Positions 25,814-34,787 of a stretch of 64,000 nucleotides of DNA are shown piece after piece. Every line of letters begins with the position of its first letter. The stretch's first letter is position 1. The stretch covers positions 258,747 to 322,746 of the forward strand of contig JAIPGM010000002.1 of NCBI GenBank assembly GCA_021735655.1, read 5' to 3'. The notes beneath the pieces are model-generated. The model was not told where the DNA came from and searched no databases. It saw only the letters and a list, made by a program, of their open reading frames with translations. The translations under genes were made by a program, and so were the position numbers. The stretch is from Candidatus Omnitrophota bacterium (lineage in GTDB: Bacteria; Omnitrophota; Gorgyraeia; Duberdicusellales; 4484-171).

Positions 25814-27310
25814 CTAGAAAAAGAGATCTCTTTCGCCTTCTTTAATCCTTCGATAATAACTCATGAATTGGTCAAAAACCTGAGGGATGTTTTTGCGGAC
25901 TTCCTCTATTTCTTTCGTGATTACTTTCTCAGCTATATTTTTAGTTTCCTCGCTGGCAAAATCATCTAACCATTCACGAAAAGTTAAAACAGCATTTAAT
26001 TTACAAAATTTACCTTCTTGACCAGTTTTAAGTAACTCCATAATGCATTCACCCGTTCTGCCGCAGCGATAACCAGCAGTACAAAAAGAACTGATTACCC
26101 CCATTGAGGCAAACTCTCTAATCATCTCATCTAGGCTACGAGTATCAGCCAAAATAAATTGCTGTCGGGGGCTGTCTTGAGTTTTACTCTGATCGCTGTA
26201 TGAACCAATTCCTATTTTGGTAGAAGCATCAGTTTGAGTTATTCCTAGCCTGATTGAATCTCTCTTCATCTGAGGGGTTTCCCGACAAGTAATAATTAGA
26301 CCAGTATGAGGCACAGCCAGTCTAAGCACAGTAATTAACTTTTTAAACTGCTGATCCGAAACCTTATATTTTAAATTATCATTAAAAGGCGTGTTTTCTG
26401 CCGGTTCAAGGCGTGGAAAAGATATCGTATGAGCTCCGACACCAAATTTATCCTCTAATTCACGATTATGCGCAACCAAGCTCATTAGCTCAAACTTCCA
26501 ATCGTAAAGCCCAAATAAAACACCCAAGCCAACATCATCAACCCCAGCCTCAAAGGCACGATGCATCGCATAAAGTCGCCAGAAGTAATTTCCTTTTATT
26601 GTAGTTGGCGGATGAATAGTTTTATAGGTGGTCTTATGGTAAGTCTCTTGGAAAACTTGATAGGTACCAATTCCGACATCTTTTAGACGACCCAATTCCT
26701 CTATCGATAAGGGCGGAGCATTCACATTTACCCGACGAATCTGACCAACGCCATTTTTGGTTTTCTCCCGAACATTATAAATAGTACGAATTGAATCAAC
26801 CATGTAATTTATATCATTCGAAGGATGCTCTCCATAAACGACAATTAAACGTTTATGACCAATCTTACCAGCCAAAACAGCGGTTTCCTTCTCAACCTGC
26901 TTTAAGCTTAAGACTCGGCGTTCACTCTTTGTGTTAGATCGTCTGAAACCACAATAAAGACAATCATTAACACAATAATTCCCAAGATAAAGCGGAGCAA
27001 AGGTGACGATTCGATTGTCATAAACCTTTCGCTTCACCCTTAAGGCGCATTCCTTCATCAATTCTAATGTTTTAGAATCAGTTACCCTTAAAAGGGTTGC
27101 CGTCTCATCAAGAGTTAAAGTTTTAATCGCTAAGGATTTATTTAAAATGTCTTCGACTTCTTTGGAATCAGGCTCCTGAGTGCATGATAATTTCGTAAAG
27201 ATTTCTTTCTGAGGAATAAAATCCTTACCCTCAATCATATAACGCTCAATTTGGTCGCGCTTTATACGTTGAGACTCCCAACTCTGAAATTTATTAGTCT
27301 TAATTAACAT
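25814..27310 (-). CDS. hydG: HydG-like radical SAM enzyme (ThiH/HydG family, with a Cys-bearing C-terminal domain)
   Basis: 498 aa. Radical SAM motif CVNDCLYCGF and a ThiH/HydG-like core. The C-terminal FCTAGYRCGRTGECIMELLKTGQEGKFC sits where HydG carries its auxiliary-cluster cysteines. Confidence 0.75.
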   Translation of the reverse strand: MLIKTNKFQSWESQRIKRDQIERYMIEGKDFIPQKEIFTKLSCTQEPDSKEVEDILNKSLAIKTLTLDETATLLRVTDSKTLELMKECALRVKRKVYDNRIVTFAPLYLGNYCVNDCLYCGFRRSNTKSERRVLSLKQVEKETAVLAGKIGHKRLIVVYGEHPSNDINYMVDSIRTIYNVREKTKNGVGQIRRVNVNAPPLSIEELGRLKDVGIGTYQVFQETYHKTTYKTIHPPTTIKGNYFWRLYAMHRAFEAGVDDVGLGVLFGLYDWKFELMSLVAHNRELEDKFGVGAHTISFPRLEPAENTPFNDNLKYKVSDQQFKKLITVLRLAVPHTGLIITCRETPQMKRDSIRLGITQTDASTKIGIGSYSDQSKTQDSPRQQFILADTRSLDEMIREFASMGVISSFCTAGYRCGRTGECIMELLKTGQEGKFCKLNAVLTFREWLDDFASEETKNIAEKVITKEIEEVRKNIPQVFDQFMSYYRRIKEGERDLFF

Positions 27311-27952
27311 CTAACTTCCCTGCTTTACAAAAAATATTAAACTCTCTAACTCACAAGCCATATCAACGTTAGAAACAAATATATTATCAGGAACTTTCAA
27401 GGCAATTGGAGCGAAGTTAAGTATTCCCTTAATATTTGAATCGATTAACTGGTTAGCTATGTCTTGAGCTACTTCAGGCGGCGTAGCTATTATTGCTATT
27501 TTTATTCCATCTTTTTTAATCATTTCACTCAAATTATCAATAGCCTGAACTACGATACCTTTTTTTGTTTTACCAATCTTTTTCTGATCATTATCAAAAA
27601 TTGCAGTAATTTTTATATTAAACTTTGAAAAACCATCGAACCCCAACAAGGCCCCACCGACTCTACCTAGGCCTACCAAAGCAATATTCCAATCAATATG
27701 GGTTCCGACTATTTTTTGGATTTGTCCAATTAAAAAATCTACGTTATAGCCCACACCGCGCTTGCCAAATTCACCAAAATAAGACAAATCCTTTCTAAAC
27801 TGAGACGGAGTTACGTTTAAAAACTTAGTTATTTTATCCGAAGAAATAACTTCAACTCCCTGCTTTTTTATTTTTCGTAAGTTACGTAAATACAGAGTAA
27901 GCCTTCTGATCGTTTCCAAAGAAAAATGTTTCTTGTCTTTACTGTTTTTCAT
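27311..27952 (-). CDS. rex: Redox-sensing transcriptional repressor Rex
   Basis: 213 aa. N-terminal winged helix (TIRRLTLYLRNLR...ISS..I...L.V...QFRKDLSYFGEFGKRGVGY) followed by the Rossmann motif (VGLGRVG). Confidence 0.85.
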   Translation of the reverse strand: MKNSKDKKHFSLETIRRLTLYLRNLRKIKKQGVEVISSDKITKFLNVTPSQFRKDLSYFGEFGKRGVGYNVDFLIGQIQKIVGTHIDWNIALVGLGRVGGALLGFDGFSKFNIKITAIFDNDQKKIGKTKKGIVVQAIDNLSEMIKKDGIKIAIIATPPEVAQDIANQLIDSNIKGILNFAPIALKVPDNIFVSNVDMACELESLIFFVKQGS

Positions 27953-29270
27953 CAGATACTCTAGTATCCCGAGCTATACCTAAATCGGTAGGCGCCCGGC
28001 CTAAAGATTTAAGTAAATTAATAGTCTCAGTAATCTGATCATTAATCTCCGCTTCGCCATAGGCCTTATTAGGATAAATTGCATAATACTTTCGATATTT
28101 ACGCGGAGTTAAATTGAGCATTACCGAATTTCCACCCGAAGACAATCCTTTCTTGCGTGCCTCTAAAGATAAGGTCTCAAAGGCTGTGGTTATAAGAATT
28201 TTAGCCGCTTCTGGATCGATTAAACGAGCCAAAGCAAGGTTTTTTAAAACTTCTTCTTCAGAAGGAGCTTTGCAATTGGCCAAGAGACTATTCGGGTGAG
28301 GCAAAAATGGCCCAAATGAGTACATCTCAGAGCCCAAAGCCTTAGTTAGATAAATATCATTTATCGTATCTTGATTAGTTTGACCAGGCAAACCAATCAA
28401 GGCACCAGTCATAACTAAATACCCTAATTCATGGGCTTTTTTTAGATGATCCAGGCGACTATCTAAAGTTTGGCCAGGATGTAATTTCTCATAGATTTTA
28501 GGATTTGAAGTTTCAAAACGCATCAACAATGCTCTTGCCCCAGCCTGATAAAGCTTAAGCAATCCATCAAGCCCGACTTCACCAAAGCTTATACAAATCA
28601 AAACTGGAACCGTTTCTTTAATTTTTCTTATAATTTCCGCTAGATCATCTATGCTATAGTGTGGGTCTTCTCCCGATTGCAAAACTAAAGCCTGGAAACC
28701 ATACTCTTTAACGGCACCAACTGCCGTCTCAATGATTTCCGCCGCTGACATTCGATAACGCATAAGATTCTGGTTGTCAGCTGAAATACCACAATATTGA
28801 CAACTCTGCTTACAAAAATTAGATATTTCGATTATCCCATGAATACAACATGAATTTTTATGGTACTTTTGACGCAAAAAGTTAGCGGTTCGATAAAGAA
28901 TATCTTGAGCCTCAGGCTTATCTAACTTAAGTAAATAAAATAACTCTTCTTTACTCAATTGAATATTTTCTAAAGCTTTATCTAAAATAAGACTTAGCTG
29001 CCTGTCGATATTTTTTTTGCTAAGATCCAAGCGAGACAATCGTAAGTCCATATCCTGAAGTTCGAAAAAAAGCTCATTCCAAGCTGCCAAGGTCTCCTCA
29101 GCCTCCTTTGGGGAAACTTTTTTAATTACAAACCCGCCTTGAGCCGACACATAATCACCGGGTTTGATATCATAAAACTCATTGATTGCTTTTTTTTCTT
29201 CACCAAAGTAATCAACCAGAACGGTTTTCCCAACTATTTCTTTTACCTTGCCAGGTATTGCATAACACAT
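27939..29270 (-). CDS. hydE: HypC-like domain fused to a HydE-like radical SAM enzyme
   Basis: The N-terminal MCYAIPGKVKEIVGKTVLVDYFGEEKKA...GDYV..QGGFVI is the HypC/HupF signature (MC[LIVA][AG][LIV]P). It is followed by the radical SAM motif CKQSCQYCG and a HydE/BioB-like core (ETSNPKIYEKLHP, GLPGQT, FGPFLPHP). Start placed at the second Met so that Cys is residue 2. The ORF track starts 4 codons upstream, at 29282. Confidence 0.8.
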   Translation of the reverse strand: MCYAIPGKVKEIVGKTVLVDYFGEEKKAINEFYDIKPGDYVSAQGGFVIKKVSPKEAEETLAAWNELFFELQDMDLRLSRLDLSKKNIDRQLSLILDKALENIQLSKEELFYLLKLDKPEAQDILYRTANFLRQKYHKNSCCIHGIIEISNFCKQSCQYCGISADNQNLMRYRMSAAEIIETAVGAVKEYGFQALVLQSGEDPHYSIDDLAEIIRKIKETVPVLICISFGEVGLDGLLKLYQAGARALLMRFETSNPKIYEKLHPGQTLDSRLDHLKKAHELGYLVMTGALIGLPGQTNQDTINDIYLTKALGSEMYSFGPFLPHPNSLLANCKAPSEEEVLKNLALARLIDPEAAKILITTAFETLSLEARKKGLSSGGNSVMLNLTPRKYRKYYAIYPNKAYGEAEINDQITETINLLKSLGRAPTDLGIARDTRVSDEKQ

Positions 29271-29284
29271 AACAAACTCCAATT

Positions 29285-29527
29285 TTACTCTACATCAAAC
29301 GATAGCACCTGTATCACTGTTCCCGGGAAAAAAGTTAGCTCTAGCTCAGCCTTAGCACAAGGAGTCCCCTCAGCTAAAATTTTAAAGGTTTCTCTAAATG
29401 AATCCTCCTTGATCCCGTTCAGCTCACCGATTTTTATATGTATCTTAGACACTACCTTTGAGCCTTCTTTTTCAGCGTGTTCACAAATTCCTTTAATCAA
29501 TGGTTTTATGATATGGGTTTCGTGCAT
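29285..29527 (-). CDS. hypA: HypA-like nickel metallochaperone lacking the zinc-finger domain (80 aa)
   Basis: Carries the N-terminal MHE nickel-binding motif and a HypA-like core (MHETHIIKPLIKGICEHAEKEGSKVVSKIHIKIGELNGIKEDSFRETF). It stops before the CxxC...CxxC zinc site of full-length HypA. Confidence 0.65.
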   Translation of the reverse strand: MHETHIIKPLIKGICEHAEKEGSKVVSKIHIKIGELNGIKEDSFRETFKILAEGTPCAKAELELTFFPGTVIQVLSFDVE

Positions 29528-29982
29528 GTTTTTACCTCAATAATTAAATTAGTTAATTCCTTTAATGTTTTAGCAACACTTTGTGAAATCTCATCACCAA
29601 ACTCAAGAGTTTTCGGTTGCACCCCTAAAAGAAAAATATCAGCTTCGGTTTCTTTACCCAAAAAATCTAAAAACATCCTTGGTGATAAATCATGAGTAGT
29701 GAATCCCGATTTCACGATATCTTCCTTAACTAAAATCTCATAATCTCCTGGCTCTTTACCAAGATCAACAACATCAACTATTAAAATCGTATTTGGACGT
29801 TCTTTGGTTATTTTGCCAATATAGTTTTCTGGTGCTGAACCAACATCAATACAGGTTGCATCCACTTTCTGGTAAACAGTCTCAATGAACTTAGGACCGA
29901 AAGCATCGTCACCACGCATAATATTTCCTACCCCAACGATAACGACTTTCCCTTTAAAAACATTCCGAAAAATATTATTCAT
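29506..29982 (-). CDS. Hydrogenase maturation endopeptidase (HycI/HyaD family)
   Basis: 158 aa with the VVIVGVGNIMRGDDAFGP signature (GN..[RM]GDDG.G), plus the later D and H residues typical of the family. Confidence 0.8.
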   Translation of the reverse strand: MNNIFRNVFKGKVVIVGVGNIMRGDDAFGPKFIETVYQKVDATCIDVGSAPENYIGKITKERPNTILIVDVVDLGKEPGDYEILVKEDIVKSGFTTHDLSPRMFLDFLGKETEADIFLLGVQPKTLEFGDEISQSVAKTLKELTNLIIEVKTCTKPIS

Positions 29983-30022
29983 AGTGTAAAATAAAATTTA
30001 AATGAAACTGTCTTAGTTGATA

Positions 30023-30634
30023 TTACTCAGCAGTAAGGGTGGTTTCACGTCGACAGCGGGCGCATAGAATCTTAACTCGATCAGAACGCCCATCATCCCT
30101 TAAAGCTGAAACAATATTTTCATCTACAATACCAAGACTTTTAAGATGGGAAAGATAAAGCGTAGGACTTGAGTAGGTAAGCTCACCTAATTTTTGAGAA
30201 ATCCATTTAAGGTGATCTTTGCAGGCTATTACATCGCCGCAAACTTCACAAAGTTGTAGTTCTTTTTCTATTTGTTCTTGGGCTTGAGCGCGGTCAAAAA
30301 ATGATAACTCCCAATCAGTAGATAACTTAATACCTTGCTTATCAGCCAAACAGGCTGCTTCACACTGTCCACAAAAAATACAAGTATCAGTATAATGAAT
30401 CATCAGCCGCTTAGGATCATCTTTATTTTCAGTAATATCCTTATGAGAAATCGCTTCAACTGGGCAAACCTCTTCACAACCGCAACAACCAACACATTTT
30501 TGATCATTAAACTTCGGCTGACCGCGAAAGTTAGGATGAGCCACATGGGCCTCTTTAGGGAACTTTGACGTGTAAGGCCCCTTAATCAATGCCTTGATTG
30601 CTTCAACCAACTCTCTTAATTTTGGCAACTTCAT
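30023..30634 (-). CDS. 2x[4Fe-4S] ferredoxin subunit (NuoI/HycF/MbhN-like) with an extra C-terminal Cys-rich region
   Basis: CVGCCGCEEVCP and CIFCGQCEAAC cluster motifs. The C-terminus carries CEVCGD...CARC. Confidence 0.8.
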   Translation of the reverse strand: MKLPKLRELVEAIKALIKGPYTSKFPKEAHVAHPNFRGQPKFNDQKCVGCCGCEEVCPVEAISHKDITENKDDPKRLMIHYTDTCIFCGQCEAACLADKQGIKLSTDWELSFFDRAQAQEQIEKELQLCEVCGDVIACKDHLKWISQKLGELTYSSPTLYLSHLKSLGIVDENIVSALRDDGRSDRVKILCARCRRETTLTAE

Positions 30635-30651
30635 AAATTTATCTTAAAAAA

Positions 30652-30727
30652 GAAGCGTAAAACGTAGTCTAGACTCAATATTCTTGAATCACCCGTGGCT
30701 AAAACTTTTCGTCTACGTTTACGCTTC
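30652..30727 (-). other. Long intra-operon stem-loop (15-16 nt arms) spanning the mnhG stop codon
   Basis: GAAGCGTAAAACGTAG (30652..30667) and CTACGTTTACGCTTC (30713..30727) are reverse complements apart from one extra A. An inner palindrome AGTCTAGACT sits at 30665..30674. Confidence 0.4.
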
Positions 30728-31057
30728 TCCTTCCTTATCCTCTTTATATTTATCAATTACACTACCTTCCCAAAGTTTAACCCCGGCCCGATGGGCTCCT
30801 CTGGCTACAGCATGGGCAGCTACCGGCGAGGTTAACAAAAGAAAAACCGCACAAAGAAGCGCCTTAAAGCCCGCGGCAATAAAGCCAACAATTAAAAATG
30901 TTCCAAAAAGAATACTACAAGTTCCTAAAGTAACACACTTGGTGGCTGCTTGAAGACGATTATATACATCCGGAAGTCTTACCAAACCTAAGCAACCAAC
31001 TATATCAAAAGCTAACCCACCGGAAATGAATATCAAACCAATAATATCACTCATCAA
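30719..31057 (-). CDS. Mrp-type cation/H+ antiporter subunit G (MnhG/MbhC-like)
   Basis: 112 aa with 3 TM helices and the signature LGLVRLPDVYNRLQAATK. Confidence 0.8.
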   Translation of the reverse strand: MMSDIIGLIFISGGLAFDIVGCLGLVRLPDVYNRLQAATKCVTLGTCSILFGTFLIVGFIAAGFKALLCAVFLLLTSPVAAHAVARGAHRAGVKLWEGSVIDKYKEDKEGEA

Positions 31058-31442
31058 ACCCTCTTCCCTCTAAATATTTCGAAAGAGCTAAGGTGCTAAT
31101 AAAACTTTGAAGCGCCCAAGCAATTCCAATATCCAGATACCAAGATCTTCCAGTCGAAATAGTTAAAACTGCACAAAGCCCCACAATCATAATCCCTAAA
31201 ATATCAATCGCTACAATTCTGTCGGCTCCGGTAGGACCTTTAGCAATACGATAAAGCGCCAGTACACATCCTAGAATTAGAATGTAAAGTGCCCTCCCAA
31301 CAAGACCACTATAGACGAGATTTTCAGGAAAAAGAAAACCAAAAGGCCTAAAAATAATTAAGCCTAAAACAATACTAAGGGTAGTTGCTCCAAACAGCCA
31401 ATTTAACATCTTTTTGCTTTCAGCTTTTTTCTTTTTAGCCAT
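31047..31442 (-). CDS. Mrp-type antiporter subunit F (MnhF/MbhB-like)
   Basis: 131-aa membrane protein with the motif KGPTGADRIVAIDILG. Confidence 0.75.
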   Translation of the reverse strand: MAKKKKAESKKMLNWLFGATTLSIVLGLIIFRPFGFLFPENLVYSGLVGRALYILILGCVLALYRIAKGPTGADRIVAIDILGIMIVGLCAVLTISTGRSWYLDIGIAWALQSFISTLALSKYLEGRGFDE

Positions 31443-31447
31443 AGTAA

Positions 31448-31945
31448 TTATTCAAATATTTTTCTTAATATTTTCTCAAACCGCTCAATAATAACTTTGG
31501 TAGCAGCTTCAGTCTGAGTTTCCTTCACGTCAATCCAATGTACATATAAAACACCATCATCCTTGTCAATATCTACAGTTAAAGTTCCTGGAGTAAGTGT
31601 TATTGAATTCGCTAAAAATGTAAGCGCTGTATCTGTCTTAAGCGTAGTTTTCACCTTAACAATGCCAGGTTTTATCGGTAAATTAGGATGTAGAATCCTG
31701 TAGGCAACATCAATATTTGCTTTAAAACACTCCCATAGAAATCTCGGAAGATAATAAACAAAAAAATACCAGTATCTCAAAGGGTGCTTAAGGACATGAG
31801 GACGTTTTACAAACAAATCTCCGGTTAAAAAAGCACAAAGAGCGGCTGCGAATACACCAATAGCTAGATGCTGCCAATCCGGTACCCAGTTCAATAAGCA
31901 CCATACAACAAAGGCAACTAAAAATAAAACTATTTTTCTTTTCAT
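31448..31945 (-). CDS. Mrp-type antiporter subunit E (MnhE/MbhA-like)
   Basis: 165 aa with two N-terminal TM helices and the MnhE-like pattern (ANIDVAYRILHP...P.IV...T.L....ALT.LANSITLTPGT). Confidence 0.7.
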   Translation of the reverse strand: MKRKIVLFLVAFVVWCLLNWVPDWQHLAIGVFAAALCAFLTGDLFVKRPHVLKHPLRYWYFFVYYLPRFLWECFKANIDVAYRILHPNLPIKPGIVKVKTTLKTDTALTFLANSITLTPGTLTVDIDKDDGVLYVHWIDVKETQTEAATKVIIERFEKILRKIFE

Positions 31946-33441
31946 TGGACTGCTCTGATAATATTTATTGTGTAGTTTTTTGTGCCAAGCAAAACCCCAG
32001 AGGCTTTAAGCAGGAATTGTTCTCTTATCCCCGGAAAAAATAAAAACCCACCTAAAAGGCAAACTAAAACTAAGATAATCATCGAAGCCTTCATGAAAGC
32101 AGGCACTTCAGTAATATTTTCCCACTGTTTCCTAAGATTTCCAAAAAATGCATACTTCATAACCTTGGTAAAAGAAGCAAGGGTCAAAATACTAGCCAAC
32201 ACTGCCCAAAAACCATACCAATACTGGTTGGCCTGAACACAAGCAATAATAATAATTAACTTGCTCCAAAAACCATTAAACGGCGGAATTCCAGCGATTG
32301 ACATAGAAGCTCCAAAAGCAGTAGCTGAGGTAACTGGCATTCTTTGACTTAATCCCCCCATTTTTTTTAAATCTCTGGTTCCGGTTGTGTATTCAACAGC
32401 ACCAGAATTTAAAAAAAGAAGAGATTTGAATATTGAGTGATTGAACAAATGGAATAAGCCTCCGATTATACCTAAAGGAGTGCCCAAACCTATCCCCAAA
32501 ATAACATAACCAATCTGGCTTATTGAATGATAGGCAAGCAAACGTTTCAAATCCCACTGTCCGATAGCCAAAAATACACCAACCACCATTGAGAGCGCAC
32601 CGAGCGCCATCAAAATCATTGAAAGCTGACTATTCACACCTAAAATATTAAAGAATATACGGCAAAGAGTGTATACTCCTAATGATTTAATCAATACCCC
32701 AGAAAGCATAGCTGATATTGGAGCTGGTGCTGAAGGATGAGCATCAGGAAGCCAGGCATGAAACGGCACCAAAGCTGCTTTTAAACCAAAACCCATAAGA
32801 AACAATACACTTACTAATATTAAAACATTTGGGCAGTCGGCTTGAGACAAAACTAAACCCATATCAGCCATATTTAGGGTTGAAGTGCAACTATATAGAA
32901 ATACAATACCTAAAAGAATAAATAATGACCCTACGGTACTCATCAGGGCATATTTAAAGGCGGCTTCAAGCTCATGGCGTTCAGTTCCAAAAGCAACCAG
33001 AGCATAACTAGCAACAGAGGCAATCTCTAAAAAAACAAAAAGGTTAAATATGTCGCCAGTTATCAAAACCCCGTTCATCCCTCCCAACATCAATAGAAAT
33101 AAGGTGTAAAATTTCCATTTAGCGGTGAACTTTTCCATGTAGTTAATTGAAAAAAGAGCTACACAAAAAGCAACTAAATTAACCGTAACTAACATAAAAC
33201 TAGTTAGACCGTCTAAGACAAAAGTTATCCCGATTGGCGGCTTCCAAGATCCAGCAGCATAAACCAACACTCCATGCTCAGCCACAAGTTTTACACTGTA
33301 AAGCGACAAAAATAAAAGAGCTGTTGTGCATAAATTACCAATTAAATCCGGCAGCCATTTACTTTTTTTACCAAACAAAACAGTTAAAAAGGCACCCGAA
33401 AGACAAACTACAACAAAAATTGGTATAATATTAGAACTCAT
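31942..33441 (-). CDS. Proton/cation-translocating antiporter-like subunit (MnhD/NuoM/NuoN family)
   Basis: 499-aa polytopic protein with conserved motifs (FHAWLPDAHPSAPAPISAMLSG, LLAYHSISQIGY). Confidence 0.85.
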   Translation of the reverse strand: MSSNIIPIFVVVCLSGAFLTVLFGKKSKWLPDLIGNLCTTALLFLSLYSVKLVAEHGVLVYAAGSWKPPIGITFVLDGLTSFMLVTVNLVAFCVALFSINYMEKFTAKWKFYTLFLLMLGGMNGVLITGDIFNLFVFLEIASVASYALVAFGTERHELEAAFKYALMSTVGSLFILLGIVFLYSCTSTLNMADMGLVLSQADCPNVLILVSVLFLMGFGLKAALVPFHAWLPDAHPSAPAPISAMLSGVLIKSLGVYTLCRIFFNILGVNSQLSMILMALGALSMVVGVFLAIGQWDLKRLLAYHSISQIGYVILGIGLGTPLGIIGGLFHLFNHSIFKSLLFLNSGAVEYTTGTRDLKKMGGLSQRMPVTSATAFGASMSIAGIPPFNGFWSKLIIIIACVQANQYWYGFWAVLASILTLASFTKVMKYAFFGNLRKQWENITEVPAFMKASMIILVLVCLLGGFLFFPGIREQFLLKASGVLLGTKNYTINIIRAVQ

Positions 33442-33443
33442 AT

Positions 33444-33779
33444 CTATCCCCGCAACTCTCTAATTTTAGTAATATCAAATGTTTGATACTTTTCATAAAT
33501 TCGCATAGCGATTGCAATAAGCAAAGCTGTTGATGCCAAACCAATAACAATTGAAGTCAAAACTACTGCCTGAGGTAAGGCATCGACCATATTATTAATT
33601 GTTGTGTCTGGTGAATATATCGGAGAACGCCCCTTTATCCGATAAGCAACTAAGATAAATAAAAGATTTACTGCATATTCAGCGATGATAACACCAATAA
33701 TAATCTTAATTATATTACGTTTACGTAAAATACAATAAAGACCAACACAAAAAAGCACCAAACAAAGCAAGTAGATCAT
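33444..33779 (-). CDS. Mrp antiporter subunit C (MnhC/NuoK/MbhG-like)
   Basis: 111 aa with 3 TM helices and the pattern DALPQAVVLTSIVIG. Confidence 0.8.
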   Translation of the reverse strand: MIYLLCLVLFCVGLYCILRKRNIIKIIIGVIIAEYAVNLLFILVAYRIKGRSPIYSPDTTINNMVDALPQAVVLTSIVIGLASTALLIAIAMRIYEKYQTFDITKIRELRG

Positions 33780-34231
33780 TTTCCTTCGGTTCCTCCATCA
33801 AATTTAAGCAAAGTAAGGGCAATAAATATAGCAAACAAACCGGCCCCGACCTTTAAACTAATTGCAATATTACAAAGTGGAATAATCCCAGCTGAAAAAA
33901 GTCTAAACGGCTCCCCCTTAGGAAGAAAGTTTAAAAAGAAATACCCACCAGTAAACCCCAAAAGGGCAATTGCTAAAAACATTATTGCTCCAAAACCTTC
34001 AAAAAAAGAAATAGCTTTCTTAGGCATTCTTTTTAAAGCCGCGTCTTTACCATAAGCAAGCATTAAATGAATAAAGCTGAGTGCAATAATTACCCCTCCG
34101 GCAAATCCTCCACCGGGGGAAACATGACCATGAGAAAGAATATAAATACCAAAAAGAAGTATTATGCCCACGGTAAGACGAGTAATTGTCTTAACGATTA
34201 CCGACATTCCCTTTTCATGCTCTTTGCTCAT
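33776..34231 (-). CDS. Mrp antiporter subunit B (MnhB/MbhF-like)
   Basis: 151 aa with the motif GHVSPGGGFAGGVI, typical of the MnhB domain. Confidence 0.75.
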   Translation of the reverse strand: MSKEHEKGMSVIVKTITRLTVGIILLFGIYILSHGHVSPGGGFAGGVIIALSFIHLMLAYGKDAALKRMPKKAISFFEGFGAIMFLAIALLGFTGGYFFLNFLPKGEPFRLFSAGIIPLCNIAISLKVGAGLFAIFIALTLLKFDGGTEGK

Positions 34232-34780
34232 TTATTCATCCTCTGGGTCTACTTTCTCATTAATTTTTTTACGCCCGACCCTGCGCACTAGGGTTAAAAC
34301 ACCTATTACTGCGGTAAATAAAACTGTAGCTTCACCTAAGGTGTCATAGGCTCGATAATCAAGAATAACTGAAGCAACAATATTAGTTGCTCCGGTCTTA
34401 GCTAAGCCTTGCTTAAGATAAGTATCGGCCACCCGCATAATTGGATAACCAAAACGTGGCAAATCACCAATTGCCTTATAGGCTGCAAATAAAAATAAAC
34501 TAACAAAGCCTAAAATAATTGAGGTATTAAGTAACCATCGACCACTAGTTGAAAAAGGTAAATCTTTTTTTAAAGTTGCCCGAATCAAAATGATTAAACA
34601 TAATATCTCAACTACTAATTGAGTAATTGCAACATCGGGAGCTTTGAGAATAATAAACGTTATCGAAAGCCCTAGCCCTACGGCACCGACGGCAATAACT
34701 GAGGAAAGCAGATCTTTAAGCTCAACGGCGACAATTGCCCCAACAATCATAAAAATTAATAAAATATATAGCTCAAACAT
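34232..34780 (-). CDS. MbhD/MbhE-like subunit (DUF4040 plus MnhB-related N-domain)
   Basis: 182 aa. The N-terminal half resembles DUF4040 (the C-terminal module of MnhA). The C-terminal half carries the MnhB-type motif NIVASVILDYRAYDTLGE. Confidence 0.7.
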   Translation of the reverse strand: MFELYILLIFMIVGAIVAVELKDLLSSVIAVGAVGLGLSITFIILKAPDVAITQLVVEILCLIILIRATLKKDLPFSTSGRWLLNTSIILGFVSLFLFAAYKAIGDLPRFGYPIMRVADTYLKQGLAKTGATNIVASVILDYRAYDTLGEATVLFTAVIGVLTLVRRVGRKKINEKVDPEDE

Positions 34781-34787
34781 ATTTAAG

